A stretch of DNA of 64,000 nucleotides from contig JBPOHQ010000004.1 of assembly GCA_052035405.1 (NCBI GenBank), positions 70,687 through 134,686 of the forward strand, written 5' to 3'. Positions 1 through 9,796 of the stretch are shown in pieces. How positions within the stretch are numbered: the first letter of the stretch is position 1; each line of letters opens with the position of its first letter. The translations under genes and the position numbers were made by a program. The stretch is from Candidatus Nomurabacteria bacterium. Its GTDB lineage: Bacteria; Patescibacteriota; Minisyncoccia; Phycocordibacterales; UBA9973. Below the pieces are notes generated by a model. It was not told where the DNA came from. It worked only from the letters and a program-made list of their open reading frames with translations, and ran no database searches.

Positions 1-200
1 TTTTTTGTATTTTCTAGAAGTGTTGCATTTTCTTTACCGCTCAAAAGACCAGTGGTTATTTCTTCTGTTCTCTCTTGTATTAATTTCTTCAAAGGCTTGG
101 CTGCTAATAAATAAAAAGCACAAAAAACCAACCCAAAGTTGATTACTTGTGCAAGCATTAACTTCCAATCTATGTGAAATGTTGAGATAAGACCTTCCAT
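1..200 (-). CDS. atpF: ATP synthase F0 subunit b, N-terminal part (5' partial, runs off window start)
   Basis: Reverse strand opens with ATG at 198-200 and reads MEGLISTFHIDWKLMLAQVINFGLVFCAFYLLAAKPLKKLIQER..., one TM helix then a charged helix, typical of the b subunit; it sits 14 nt downstream of atpE in canonical atpB-E-F order. Confidence 0.6.
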   Translation of the reverse strand, partial: MEGLISTFHIDWKLMLAQVINFGLVFCAFYLLAAKPLKKLIQERTEEITTGLLSGKENATLLENTK

Positions 201-214
201 TATTTTAATACTAC

Positions 215-481
<267 letters not shown>

Positions 482-524
482 CTAATTTTTATAATTTTGA
501 CCTTTTTATTAATAATTTAATAAA

Positions 525-1463
525 CTAAATGTGTGATAACTGACCTTCGTTCTCTTTGTGGTGACTATGCTCATGCTCTTCGTGTTCAGAATGATCTTGT
601 GCTGCTATCGTAAAATACACCGTCGTCAGTAAACTAAATATAAGTGCCTGAATAAGGCCAATAAACACTTCTAAAAATAGAAATGGTGTAGGCAATACAA
701 AAGCAAGTATCGCTGCCATAGAAGACAACAACACTTCCCCAGCAAAAATATTTCCAAACAAACGGAATGAAAGTGAAGCAATTTTTGCTAGTTCTCCAAT
801 AAATTCTATAATACCTACAAAGAACGAAATGGGTGCGACAACAAGCACACTTGGGTCTTTTCTAACTTTCGTAAAAATAGAACCAAGCTCTTGTAGCTTA
901 ACATATTTATTAATCGTTTTCCAGATTCCTAAAGTAATGATCCCAAATATGTTTGAACCAACCACCGCAACAATACCTAAAGTAAGTGTCATATTTATAT
1001 CAGCTGTACCACCCCGAAAGAGTGGCACAAAAATAGAATGACCTTCTTCCATCATATAAAAGCCCATTGAACCAATAAACGGCAAAATACCCAGCCAATT
1101 ATTTATTAAAATAAATATAAAAACACTAAATACTACCGGAAAAATCTTATTTGATATTTTCCGGTCGTTCGTAACTTGATCTACAAGTGACAACGCCCCA
1201 TCTAAAACTATTTCAAATACATGCTGAAGTTTTCCAGGTATCTTTTTTAACTTAAGACGAAGGATAAGAGAAAAAACAATAATAACAAGGACAGCAAGCC
1301 ATGAGGTTAACAGTGAGTTAGTGATTTGAAAGTCTCCAATCTTAAAAAGTGGCTCAGCATAAATTGTAACCTCGTGAACCGGTTGTTCGGATGTCTCGTG
1401 CCCCACTTCCGTAGTGCTTACATTTTCTATTTCTTGTATGTTATTTGTTGTCATTTTTTTCAA
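525..1463 (-). CDS. atpB: ATP synthase F0 subunit a
   Basis: 312 aa polytopic membrane protein with the subunit a signature SLSFRLFGNIFAGE; position in atp operon; unusual His/Glu-rich C-terminal tail. Confidence 0.88.
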   Translation of the reverse strand: MKKMTTNNIQEIENVSTTEVGHETSEQPVHEVTIYAEPLFKIGDFQITNSLLTSWLAVLVIIVFSLILRLKLKKIPGKLQHVFEIVLDGALSLVDQVTNDRKISNKIFPVVFSVFIFILINNWLGILPFIGSMGFYMMEEGHSIFVPLFRGGTADINMTLTLGIVAVVGSNIFGIITLGIWKTINKYVKLQELGSIFTKVRKDPSVLVVAPISFFVGIIEFIGELAKIASLSFRLFGNIFAGEVLLSSMAAILAFVLPTPFLFLEVFIGLIQALIFSLLTTVYFTIAAQDHSEHEEHEHSHHKENEGQLSHI

Positions 1464-1692
1464 TATCTTTTTTGTATTTTTTTATTTCCTTGTAAATTCC
1501 ATAACAGCTAATTATAAAACCCAAGAACATCAGAACAAAGAACAAGGTTTGATTTCCTCTAAGAAAGTATTTTGAAAACATTAATGCAACTAAAACGGGA
1601 AAAATTATCCAAGATGTTACTTTTGCATAAAAAAACATGGCAGGCTTCCACCATGGGTTATTTTCACTGAATTGGTTTTCTTCGTTTTTCAT
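1441..1692 (-). CDS. small two-TM membrane protein, possibly ATP synthase protein I (AtpI/AtpZ-like)
   Basis: 83 aa hydrophobic ORF immediately upstream of and overlapping atpB by 23 nt, the position usually occupied by atpI; no sequence signature beyond topology. Confidence 0.4.
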   Translation of the reverse strand: MKNEENQFSENNPWWKPAMFFYAKVTSWIIFPVLVALMFSKYFLRGNQTLFFVLMFLGFIISCYGIYKEIKKYKKDIEKNDNK

Positions 1693-1808
1693 AAAACAAA
1701 CCTTTGTACATGATACTGGTGGTCACACATAAAATTTTGCTAAATTTTTGTGCGACCCCGCCTCGGAACCGTCGTTCCTGCGGCTCTCACAAAGTACCCC
1801 GTACTTTG

Positions 1809-1880
1809 TGAGCGTGGATGGAATCGGACCATCGACCTCTGTCTTATCAGGACAGCGTTCTACCACTGAACTACACGCTC
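1809..1880 (-). tRNA. tRNA-Ile (anticodon GAU)
   Basis: Reverse complement GAGCGTG-TA-GTTCAGTGGTAGAAC-G-CTGTC-CTGATAA-GACAG-AGGTC-GATGG-TCCGATT-CCATC-CACGCTC-A folds as a canonical cloverleaf with a 7-bp acceptor stem; anticodon loop CTGATAA; no encoded CCA. Confidence 0.8.
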
Positions 1881-2001
1881 ATACTTAAAACTATATTTTA
1901 TTGTATAAAAAATATAACAGAAATAATTTTTTTAAGCAAACAAAAACCCCACAATGTGTGGGGTAATTGTTTCAAAATTTAATTTAAGTGTAAAGAATAG
2001 A

Positions 2002-2325
2002 TTAGTATTCTCGGCGTCCACCTGAGCGTCCACCTCCGTATCCACCACCATTTCCACCTGTTCGTGGAGGGCGAGCTTCCATTGGACGAGCTTCGTTAAC
2101 TGTGAGTTTTCTTCCTTCGAATTCTTTGTCGTTAAACATTGCAATAGCATTTTGTGCTTCTGCATCAGATGACATTTCTACGAATCCGAATCCTTTTGAG
2201 CGACCAGACATCTTGTCCATAATAATAACAGCAGATGTTACTGAACCTGCTTGTGCAAAGTACTCACGAAGAGCATCTTCACCTGTTGAGTAAGGGAGTC
2301 CCCCTACATATAGCTTTGTAGCCAT
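2002..2325 (-). CDS. RNA-binding protein with RRM domain and Gly/Arg-rich C-terminal tail
   Basis: RNP-2-like KLYVGGLPY and RNP-1-like KGFGFVEM motifs; C-terminal GGNGGGYGGGRSGGRREY. Confidence 0.85.
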   Translation of the reverse strand: MATKLYVGGLPYSTGEDALREYFAQAGSVTSAVIIMDKMSGRSKGFGFVEMSSDAEAQNAIAMFNDKEFEGRKLTVNEARPMEARPPRTGGNGGGYGGGRSGGRREY

Positions 2326-2514
2326 ACTATATACTTCTCCTGTTTTTAGAAAAACTCAGGCAAAAACTAATTATAATACCGTAGAGAAGAGTCGCTCAAT
2401 GTAACAAAGGCCCCCCAAAACTACTTGCTTGTAGTATGACACAGTAAACTGCTAAAAGCAATAAAAAAGGGCGACCCGTGAGGGTGCCCTTAAAAATACT
2501 ACTAAACAAGAAAA

Positions 2515-2889
2515 CTAAACAATCCTAAATCCTCCAGGATTGGAGCACGGAGATGCTGGCTCTATTAGTAGAGGTATTTGTTGTTTTTCTTGCTGTTGCT
2601 TTTCTTGCTGTTGTTTTTCTTGCTGTTGCTGTTGCTGTTCTTGTTCGAGTTGGCTTTGATCTTGGTTTTGGTTTTGGGCAACGACGAGCAATACTTCTTC
2701 TACTGGCATACAAATTAAATTTGAAAAATCAAAAAATACATGACCCACATTGGTCACGTTTATCTTTACCCGACTGTGTGTATCGGGAACAAAGGTATAC
2801 AGGCTTGTAAAACAAACCAACATAACTTTGTTTCCGAATCTCACTTGAACACAAACAAAACCAAAAAATTTTAAAGAACTAAACTGCAT
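2515..2889 (-). CDS. hypothetical protein with Gln/Glu-rich pentapeptide repeat (EKQQQ)x3; coding status uncertain
   Basis: ORF spans a 15-nt tandem DNA repeat; no recognisable domain. Confidence 0.25.
   Translation of the reverse strand: MQFSSLKFFGFVCVQVRFGNKVMLVCFTSLYTFVPDTHSRVKINVTNVGHVFFDFSNLICMPVEEVLLVVAQNQNQDQSQLEQEQQQQQQEKQQQEKQQQEKQQIPLLIEPASPCSNPGGFRIV
2570..2665. repeat. 15-nt tandem repeat (TTGCTGTTGCTTTTC-like, ~3 units plus degenerate copies; CAA/CAG-rich on the other strand)
   Basis: Direct reading: ttgctgttgcttttc ttgctgttgtttttc ttgctgttgctgttgctgttc. Confidence 0.7.
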
Positions 2890-2938
2890 TAAATATGCAG
2901 GGTTATTATTGTACCCTGCATAAAATCATAAGTCAACT

Positions 2939-3943
2939 TTACTCCTCGTCTGCGTCACCAGTCTCTCCTGATTCAAGTGCATTAAAAATATCATCTATCT
3001 CTCCTTCTAGGATTTTAGGTAGATTATGCCAAGACTTTTTGATACGGTGGTCAGTGATACGATCTTGGGAAAAGTTATAGGTACGAATCTTTTCACTTCT
3101 ATCCCCCGTTCCAATTTGATTTTTTCGGACACCTGCGTACTTCTTTGCCTCCTCTTCTTCTTTGAGCTGTTGAAGCTTAGCTACTAATATCATCATCGCT
3201 TTTTCACGGTTAGCGAGCTGACTTCGTTCATTTGTAGAACGTACATCGAGCCCTGTAGGTTTGTGTATAATACGCACAGCAGTCTCCACCTTATTCACGT
3301 TCTGCCCCCCTTTTCCTCCAGAGCGAGAATACTCCATATCGAAGTCCGCAGGATTTACTTCAAAATTAACTTTCTTCTTTATAGGCAGCACTGCGACAGA
3401 CGCAGTCGACGTATGGACACGGCCGTTTTTCTCAGTCGCAGGAATTCTCTGAACTCTATGCACACCAGTCTCGTAACGCATTAAACGATACACATCCTTG
3501 CCTTTTACCTCAAAACTAGCTTCTTTGTATCCTCCGATATCATTTTTTGATTCGTAGTTTACTTTCCATTGCCATCCTCGAACCTCAGCAAACCTCTCGT
3601 ACATATGAGCGAGCTCCCACGCAAACAATGCAGCTTCATCTCCTCCTGCTCCAGCACGTACTTCGAGCACTATTTCATTTGGAAATTCTTCTTCCTCTTT
3701 CTCTTTATCTAAAATTTCTTGAATTTGTTTTTCTGTAGCATCTCTCTGCTCTTGGATTGACTTGAGTTCGTTTGCTGCTAATTCGTGCAGCGTATCATCT
3801 GAATCAAGCATCTCTCGTACTTCAGCTTCTTCGCGAGCAAGACGCTCTAAAATAAGAGCAAGGTAACTCGTCTGATTATTCTTCTTTAATTCTTCTATGT
3901 CAAAAGATGCCATATAAACAAAAACATGAGAGTCTTTAAGCAA
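2939..3943 (-). CDS. prfA: peptide chain release factor 1
   Basis: GGQ motif (SGGKGGQNVNK) and RF1-type PAT tripeptide (RVQRIPATEKNGRVHTS); true start probably the internal MASFDIEEL. Confidence 0.85.
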   Translation of the reverse strand: MLKDSHVFVYMASFDIEELKKNNQTSYLALILERLAREEAEVREMLDSDDTLHELAANELKSIQEQRDATEKQIQEILDKEKEEEEFPNEIVLEVRAGAGGDEAALFAWELAHMYERFAEVRGWQWKVNYESKNDIGGYKEASFEVKGKDVYRLMRYETGVHRVQRIPATEKNGRVHTSTASVAVLPIKKKVNFEVNPADFDMEYSRSGGKGGQNVNKVETAVRIIHKPTGLDVRSTNERSQLANREKAMMILVAKLQQLKEEEEAKKYAGVRKNQIGTGDRSEKIRTYNFSQDRITDHRIKKSWHNLPKILEGEIDDIFNALESGETGDADEE

Positions 3944-3993
3944 ACAAGTTATGTATTCGTTTGCAGAAATTCTCTCATGTTTATGATATTAAT

Positions 3994-4206
3994 TTATTTT
4001 GCGGTAGCTTTTGCTCGACGCTTATTAAATCGGTCTACGCGTCCTGCAACGTCCATAATCTTTTCGTTACCAGTGTAGAAAGGGTGGCATTGGCTGCAGA
4101 TTTCAACTCTAATCTCTGCGAGGGTTGAACCTATTTCATAGGTAGCACCACAAGCACAAGTAGCTACTGTTTTATTATTATATTTTGGGTGTATGCCTTT
4201 TTTCAT
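3994..4206 (-). CDS. rpmE: 50S ribosomal protein L31
   Basis: 70 aa; MKKGIHPKY start, CxxC...CxxC zinc ribbon (CACG...[10 protein letters not shown]). Confidence 0.85.
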   Translation of the reverse strand: MKKGIHPKYNNKTVATCACGATYEIGSTLAEIRVEICSQCHPFYTGNEKIMDVAGRVDRFNKRRAKATAK

Positions 4207-4229
4207 CGTTTTTACAGAATATCACGACT

Positions 4230-5591
4230 TTAATTTGAAAGCAAGTCTATGTCTGCTTGCATTTTTTCTCTTAAAGCCATAACGTTGTTACCATAGCTGA
4301 CTATCTCTTTCTCTCTTTTTGATTTAGGATTCTTAGGACAAGAAGATCCAGAATAATATTTACATGCTGCATTACGTTCAGCTGTATATGTACCAGCATT
4401 TGCGCCTAATTCACCCATATAAGTTGAAGTTGCCGTAATAGCATGAAATGGATCCCATGGATTTGGCATGCCAGATATACCAACAGCTTTTGCTATCTTT
4501 GAAGCGAAGAGTTCCCAAGTAGAAGGTATAAATTGTGAAGGACCCATCGCTCCACCATATCCAGATCCTTGTGGGCAAGATAGTGGTGTACCAGCGAGAG
4601 GTAAACCTAGATCTGCCATGATTCTTTTGTATGGTTCAGTATCTCTAGGAGATTTCATTATATTTTCCCAAGATTTTGAAGCAGGGTCTGTCGACCTATT
4701 ACAAGTTCCAACATTAGCTCCTAGATTTGTCTCTTGTCTTAGAATAGCGAGAGTAAGTGCCGGATGTACGCCCGTAGCCTTTTCTGCTTTTTCAGCGTAC
4801 GATACTGCTGTTCCAAAAGGTATTGCTTTTGTATCACGAAGGGTAAACAATGCTGCTCGTATTTTATCTGCTTGTGCTTTTTTAGTAGCGGCAAGTTTCT
4901 GATATTCGGCTTCTTTGTTTTTACTTATAGATAATAACTTCTTTTTTTCAGCTTCGGTCTGAGCTACTTTTTTCTGACTTAGTTCTAATTCTATTTTTGC
5001 ATCAGTTTCTGCATCTTGTTTTTTTTCAAGGTCCTTTTTTTCTTCTTCTGTTTCAGACTTTACCCCTTTAATTTCATCTACCGATCTTTTTATGGCCTCT
5101 TTTAACGAAGAATAGGATTCCAAATCTCCATAAAAACCAGATAAATTTTCACCGGAGAGTAATAAGTGTACCAAGTTTTCATTATCAAAATCATTAGTAT
5201 TTCTAATAAGTTGTCCAAGTGACTCATACTGATTTTCAATTTTATCAGATAGGTTTTCTATCTTTGAATTTTTTTCTTTTATAGATACTTTAAGCTGAGC
5301 AATGACTAAAGCTCGGGCTTTAACTTTTGTCTTGAGTGCATTTATTTGAGCGTTTAAATATTTAACATCTCCAGTAAGAGTACCAGTGTTCTTTTGTTGC
5401 TCTTTTTGTTTATTCAAAAGATCAGCAAGTTCGGCTTCAATATTTCCAAGTTCGATTTTACAATAATCTTTATCCGCTTGAGAAGAAGCTGTGGTTAAAG
5501 TTAGACAATCAAAAGCTGCCTCTACTTTTTTGAAAGGTAGATGAATGAATAATCCGAGTATGAAAATAAAAACTATGGCTTTTTTGTCCAT
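4230..5591 (-). CDS. secreted coiled-coil protein with C-terminal lytic transglycosylase (MltB/SLT_2-like) domain
   Basis: N-terminal signal peptide; ~250 aa heptad-rich K/E region; C-terminal GPSQFIPSTW motif matching the MltB-family G(P)MQF(M)PSTW signature. Confidence 0.6.
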   Translation of the reverse strand: MDKKAIVFIFILGLFIHLPFKKVEAAFDCLTLTTASSQADKDYCKIELGNIEAELADLLNKQKEQQKNTGTLTGDVKYLNAQINALKTKVKARALVIAQLKVSIKEKNSKIENLSDKIENQYESLGQLIRNTNDFDNENLVHLLLSGENLSGFYGDLESYSSLKEAIKRSVDEIKGVKSETEEEKKDLEKKQDAETDAKIELELSQKKVAQTEAEKKKLLSISKNKEAEYQKLAATKKAQADKIRAALFTLRDTKAIPFGTAVSYAEKAEKATGVHPALTLAILRQETNLGANVGTCNRSTDPASKSWENIMKSPRDTEPYKRIMADLGLPLAGTPLSCPQGSGYGGAMGPSQFIPSTWELFASKIAKAVGISGMPNPWDPFHAITATSTYMGELGANAGTYTAERNAACKYYSGSSCPKNPKSKREKEIVSYGNNVMALREKMQADIDLLSN

Positions 5592-5622
5592 AGTTTTTAT
5601 TGTAACATATTTTTTATTTTTT

Positions 5623-6270
5623 TTATGCCTCAGGTGCTTCTTCTTCTTTCTTACCCTTCTTTTCTACTTCAATAGCAGATAAATCAACTGGCATTTCTTC
5701 TTTCTCTTCTTTCATTACTGCAACAGAAGCAATTATTTCAGTTTCTTTTGTAACCAAGGTAACACCTTTTGGTAATACTATCTCTGAAGCAGATATTTGA
5801 CTGTCTAGATCAACAAGAGAAGATATATCAACTGAAATAGATTGAGGTAAATCTTTAGGAAGAGCTGACACTTCAATTTCATGAAGTACCTTTACAAGAA
5901 CCCCTAGCCCAGCTTTAACAGCAGGAGCTACACCAATAAATTCTAGTGGAATGGATACCTCTACAGTCTTATTTGCATCAATAACCATGAAATCAACATG
6001 GATAGGTTCACCTGTGATTGGATTAACACTCACATCATGAATAAGCACATCAAGATTAGACCCTGTCATAGTAAGTTTAACAGCAGAAGACTCCCCAGCA
6101 TGCTTCCAGACTTTTTTAAATTCATTAGTTGGTATAGAGATAGGAGTAGTCTCTTTACCCATGCCGTAAAATACAGCAGGAATCTCACCACCTCTTCTCA
6201 AGGCTTCTAAATTTTCTTTTAAATCTCTCTTTTTAGCTTTAATATCAAACATGGATTTTATTATATACAA
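5623..6270 (-). CDS. rplY: 50S ribosomal protein L25 / general stress protein Ctc
   Basis: L25/Ctc-type N-terminal beta-barrel (RRGGEIPAVFYG...) followed by an acidic C-terminal extension. Confidence 0.8.
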   Translation of the reverse strand: MYIIKSMFDIKAKKRDLKENLEALRRGGEIPAVFYGMGKETTPISIPTNEFKKVWKHAGESSAVKLTMTGSNLDVLIHDVSVNPITGEPIHVDFMVIDANKTVEVSIPLEFIGVAPAVKAGLGVLVKVLHEIEVSALPKDLPQSISVDISSLVDLDSQISASEIVLPKGVTLVTKETEIIASVAVMKEEKEEMPVDLSAIEVEKKGKKEEEAPEA

Positions 6271-6324
6271 AAAACTTAAAAAAGCAACTATCTTATAAAT
6301 ACCGTCGGCAATCTTTAATTAGAA

Positions 6325-7992
6325 TTACTTTTCCACTGTAATGTGAGCTATCATGTATTCTTTTGTACCCTGTTTACCTTCTCTTACAACCTTCTTCCCA
6401 GGATTAAATATATATAGTGGATCAAAAATTTCTTTTATCTGTTTAAAGATATTGATAATTTGATTGTTATACATTTTAGATAGATATGCTGTACGTATAA
6501 GACCATCGTTGTGTTCAGCTGTGATAGACCCTCCAAGTCGTACTACCAAGTCATACACTCTGTCTGAGACTTCCATAATCATCTCTTTTAATTTCTTATC
6601 TTTGGGATTAACTAATGTGTAGATATGTAAATTTCCATCTCCCGCATGTCCGCCTACAGCAAAAGTCATGCGTTTCTTGTAATCCCCTAATATCTTGTAT
6701 AACACTGGGAAAAATTCTGGAAGTTTTTCAGGACGAACAATCACATCATCTATAAATGGTTTTGATTTTACTTTTTTCAAATGGTAACGAATCATATTAA
6801 ATGCTTCATGACGGATGGTCCAATACTTCTTCGCTTCGAAAGCATCACGAGTAAGTCTAATACCAATCTTTTTAGTATTCTTTAAATCTTCATAAGCCCT
6901 CTGCGCTTCACTATCCGCCTCAGCTTGAGTCTCTCCTGTAAACTCAACTAGCAGGATGAGTTTTGGGAAACCATGTTGTAAGGTCATCATCGTCTCTGGA
7001 CCAAAAGAGAAAATGAGTTTAAATAAATTTTTTACCCCTAACAGTTTTGTGAAATCCTTTATGTATTTTAAAACTAAGAAAAAAGTCTTATCATCATATG
7101 ACTCGAGTGTCTGCGGGTTGTATTTTAATATTTTATTTACAAGATCTGGCACGATACTCATATCTCGCAAGAAGATAACAAGAAGTTTTGTGTACTTTGG
7201 GTCTACTACGAGCTTGTAAGTGATCTCTGTTGCTATGCCGAGTGTACCCTGAGAACCTACGAGAAGTCTGTTTAGATTAAAAATCTTTTTCTCTTCATCC
7301 CAGACATTCCAAATAGAATATCCAGCAGAATTTTTGTGTACATTTGGCTTGGCTTTTTGTATTTCTTCCTTGTTGGTTTGTATAAGTTCAAAAATACTTT
7401 TATAAATATTTCCTTCATAATCCCCTTGTGAAATTTTTTGCTTCAATTCTTCTTCATTAAGAGGCTTTACTGTATAGACATTACCGTCGTTAAAAACAAC
7501 TTTTGATTCCATCACATATTCCTCAGTTTTACCGTATTTTAAAGTTCGCTCTCCTGCAGAATTATTTCCAAACATTCCTCCAACAGCATTTAAGTTTTTT
7601 GAAGCAGTATAACAAGGTAATATTGTTCCCTTTTCTAGGGTAACTTTTTCAAAATCTCTATAAAACATTCCAGGCTGCACTACTATTTTGAGTGGATCTT
7701 CGAAGGAAAGGACTTGGTTCATGTATCGAGTAAAGTCCAGTATAATAGACTCTCCTACTGCTCCTCCTGACATATCAGTACCTGCGCAGCGTGCTGTAAT
7801 AGAAAGTCCTTCGTATTTATCTTTATTCTCATTTACCCATTTTACAAGATTCTTTACATCCTCAGTGTCTTTTGGAAAAAGAACAACTTTAGGACGAATC
7901 TCAAAAACACTCGCATCATGCGAATATTTAACCAATGTCTCCTCACTATCATCTACATCTCCTTTAAATATTTTTTGTATGTCTTCTTTCAT
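6325..7992 (-). CDS. FAD-linked oxidase (GlcD/D-lactate dehydrogenase-like FAD-binding PCMH protein)
   Basis: 555 aa; N-terminal FAD_binding_4-like region (RCAGTDMSGGAVG...) and C-terminal FAD-oxidase_C-like region (HAGDGNLH). Confidence 0.6.
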   Translation of the reverse strand: MKEDIQKIFKGDVDDSEETLVKYSHDASVFEIRPKVVLFPKDTEDVKNLVKWVNENKDKYEGLSITARCAGTDMSGGAVGESIILDFTRYMNQVLSFEDPLKIVVQPGMFYRDFEKVTLEKGTILPCYTASKNLNAVGGMFGNNSAGERTLKYGKTEEYVMESKVVFNDGNVYTVKPLNEEELKQKISQGDYEGNIYKSIFELIQTNKEEIQKAKPNVHKNSAGYSIWNVWDEEKKIFNLNRLLVGSQGTLGIATEITYKLVVDPKYTKLLVIFLRDMSIVPDLVNKILKYNPQTLESYDDKTFFLVLKYIKDFTKLLGVKNLFKLIFSFGPETMMTLQHGFPKLILLVEFTGETQAEADSEAQRAYEDLKNTKKIGIRLTRDAFEAKKYWTIRHEAFNMIRYHLKKVKSKPFIDDVIVRPEKLPEFFPVLYKILGDYKKRMTFAVGGHAGDGNLHIYTLVNPKDKKLKEMIMEVSDRVYDLVVRLGGSITAEHNDGLIRTAYLSKMYNNQIINIFKQIKEIFDPLYIFNPGKKVVREGKQGTKEYMIAHITVEK

Positions 7993-8909
7993 TTTTTAAT
8001 TATAACAGATTTATTTAATTTAATTATTTTCTCCCGAATTTCTTTTCTAAGCCAAAGTTTTGATGTTACCCCTATATACCCTTCAAATTTTATATCAATT
8101 ATTTCTTGAAGTAAGTTTTTTAATTTATCACTTTCAGTATAAATATAATTAACACCCTCACTAATGCTAGGGACAGAAAGCATCCAGTCTTCTTTACCAA
8201 AACTTTGTAAAGCCTTTTTTGCATTTTCTTTATTATTTTTAATAAAAGAAGAACCGTCCCATATCTCAACTTGTCCAAAAACAATATTATCTAGAATAAT
8301 CTTTGTATCTTCTTTAATGGCTTTTTCTGGATTTTCTTCGATGTATTTTGCCTGCTCATTAAAATATTCTTCTTTCCAGTTTTCAGGCAAATCTATAAAT
8401 TCTTGCAATTCATTAAAGGCATTAACATCTCTTTCATTATTTACCGATGATTTAAAATCTAAAGTATTTGAAACAATAGCTATTATAAGCAAATTAGCAT
8501 TTATAGAATCTATCATTACTCCAGACTTTTTATATTCCTCCCAAATCAAAGTCGCACAAGAACCAACCATTTCGATTTTAGATTTATTTCCAAGTAAAGT
8601 TTCGTAATGTTCTTGAAAACCATATCTATGATCAAATAATTCTATTATATTATTATCATTAGCAACTTTTGCAACATGGGAAGGCTCAGAAACATCTACT
8701 ATAACAAAACGATCACTCTCGACTGGTTTAATTTCAGTTTCAAAAGAAATATTCCAGGATTTTATGTTATCGGTTATGCTTGCATTTAATGGACCAGGTA
8801 AATAAACCTTATTATCAAATCCTTTTTGTTTTAATAAGTATCCATAAGCAACAGCACAAGCAAAAGCGTCGATGTCCGTATATAATTCTCCTGCCGTAAT
8901 ATAAATCAT
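7989..8909 (-). CDS. DHH-superfamily phosphoesterase (degenerate family II pyrophosphatase / NrnA-like)
   Basis: DxD-type motif TDIDAFACAVAYGYL near the N-terminus and a DHR variant of the DHH motif (ELFDHRYG); assignment is tentative. Confidence 0.4.
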   Translation of the reverse strand: MIYITAGELYTDIDAFACAVAYGYLLKQKGFDNKVYLPGPLNASITDNIKSWNISFETEIKPVESDRFVIVDVSEPSHVAKVANDNNIIELFDHRYGFQEHYETLLGNKSKIEMVGSCATLIWEEYKKSGVMIDSINANLLIIAIVSNTLDFKSSVNNERDVNAFNELQEFIDLPENWKEEYFNEQAKYIEENPEKAIKEDTKIILDNIVFGQVEIWDGSSFIKNNKENAKKALQSFGKEDWMLSVPSISEGVNYIYTESDKLKNLLQEIIDIKFEGYIGVTSKLWLRKEIREKIIKLNKSVIIKK

Positions 8910-8915
8910 TTCTAT

Positions 8916-9782
8916 TTACTGCATCATATTAAAAAGTTTTAATCTACTTTCTACTACTTTTTCTATTGCGTCCACTGCTGGTTGAAGTATCTTTGATGGA
9001 TTTATTTCTCCCGGAAGATCTTGAAGGGATTTTTCTATAGCTTCACGAAAGGCAAGACGTATCTCACTATTGATATGAACCATGTTTACCCCTGCTTTTA
9101 TAGCGTTAGTAAAATCTTCATCTCGTAGACCTGAGCCACCATGAAGGACGAGTGGAATATTTGTTATCTCTCTAATTGCTTTTGTAACTTCTATGTTTAT
9201 ATGAGGCTTACCACTTTTTATAAGTCCATGAATAGAGCCTATTGAAGGAGCGAGTAAATCAATACCCGTCTCATCGACAAATCTCTTTGCTTCTTCAGGG
9301 TTTGTAAGTATACCTGCACCTTCTGGAATAGAGTCTTTAATATTTGATCCAGAACCTATGTATCCTATCTCGGCTTCAACTAGAATATCTCGGCCAGTCA
9401 TAGCCTTCACCTCATGAGCATAATCTACGCATTTCTTCGTGAGTGCGACATTTTCTTCGAAAGGTAATTTTGCTGCGTCGATAATAACAGAATCAAATCC
9501 TGCATCAATGCATTTCTTTACACTTTCAAAACTCGCATGATGATCTGCATTTAAGAATATTGGGAAGTTGTCTCTCTCTCGGAGCATCTTTACTAGTACT
9601 GCGACTTCATCTATACCCACGAAAGCTTCTTCTCCTTCTGAAACTCCTATAACTACAGGCACGTTGAGCTTCTTTGCAGCATTATATATGCCGTGCAATG
9701 CCTCAAGATTAGAAATATTAAAATGCCCTACCGCTACCCCCTTCTCCCCAGCTTCTTTAATACATTCACGTAGTGTTTTCAT
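8916..9782 (-). CDS. fba: class II fructose/tagatose-bisphosphate aldolase
   Basis: Class II aldolase hallmarks: HFNISNLE, DHHAS metal site, HGGSG. Confidence 0.85.
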   Translation of the reverse strand: MKTLRECIKEAGEKGVAVGHFNISNLEALHGIYNAAKKLNVPVVIGVSEGEEAFVGIDEVAVLVKMLRERDNFPIFLNADHHASFESVKKCIDAGFDSVIIDAAKLPFEENVALTKKCVDYAHEVKAMTGRDILVEAEIGYIGSGSNIKDSIPEGAGILTNPEEAKRFVDETGIDLLAPSIGSIHGLIKSGKPHINIEVTKAIREITNIPLVLHGGSGLRDEDFTNAIKAGVNMVHINSEIRLAFREAIEKSLQDLPGEINPSKILQPAVDAIEKVVESRLKLFNMMQ

Positions 9783-9796
9783 AATATAACTTAGAT

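Noticed and set aside
829-1511. Plus-strand ORFs 829..1041 and 1326..1511 inside or antisense to atpB
   Set aside because: They lie entirely within the well-supported atpB coding region on the opposite strand. Their translations are low-complexity with no motifs, so they are spurious antisense ORFs.
1932-2293. ORFs 1932..2165 (-) and 2102..2293 (+) overlapping the RRM gene
   Set aside because: They overlap the strongly supported RRM coding frame. They look like alternative-frame artefacts with no features.
2553-2810. Plus-strand ORF across the 15-nt repeat translating to a hydrophobic LAVAFLAVVFLAVAVAV protein
   Set aside because: Its apparent transmembrane-like character is produced by reading the tandem repeat in another frame. 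The minus-strand frame (EKQQQ) is at least oriented with the prfA operon and its terminator. Neither frame is well supported.
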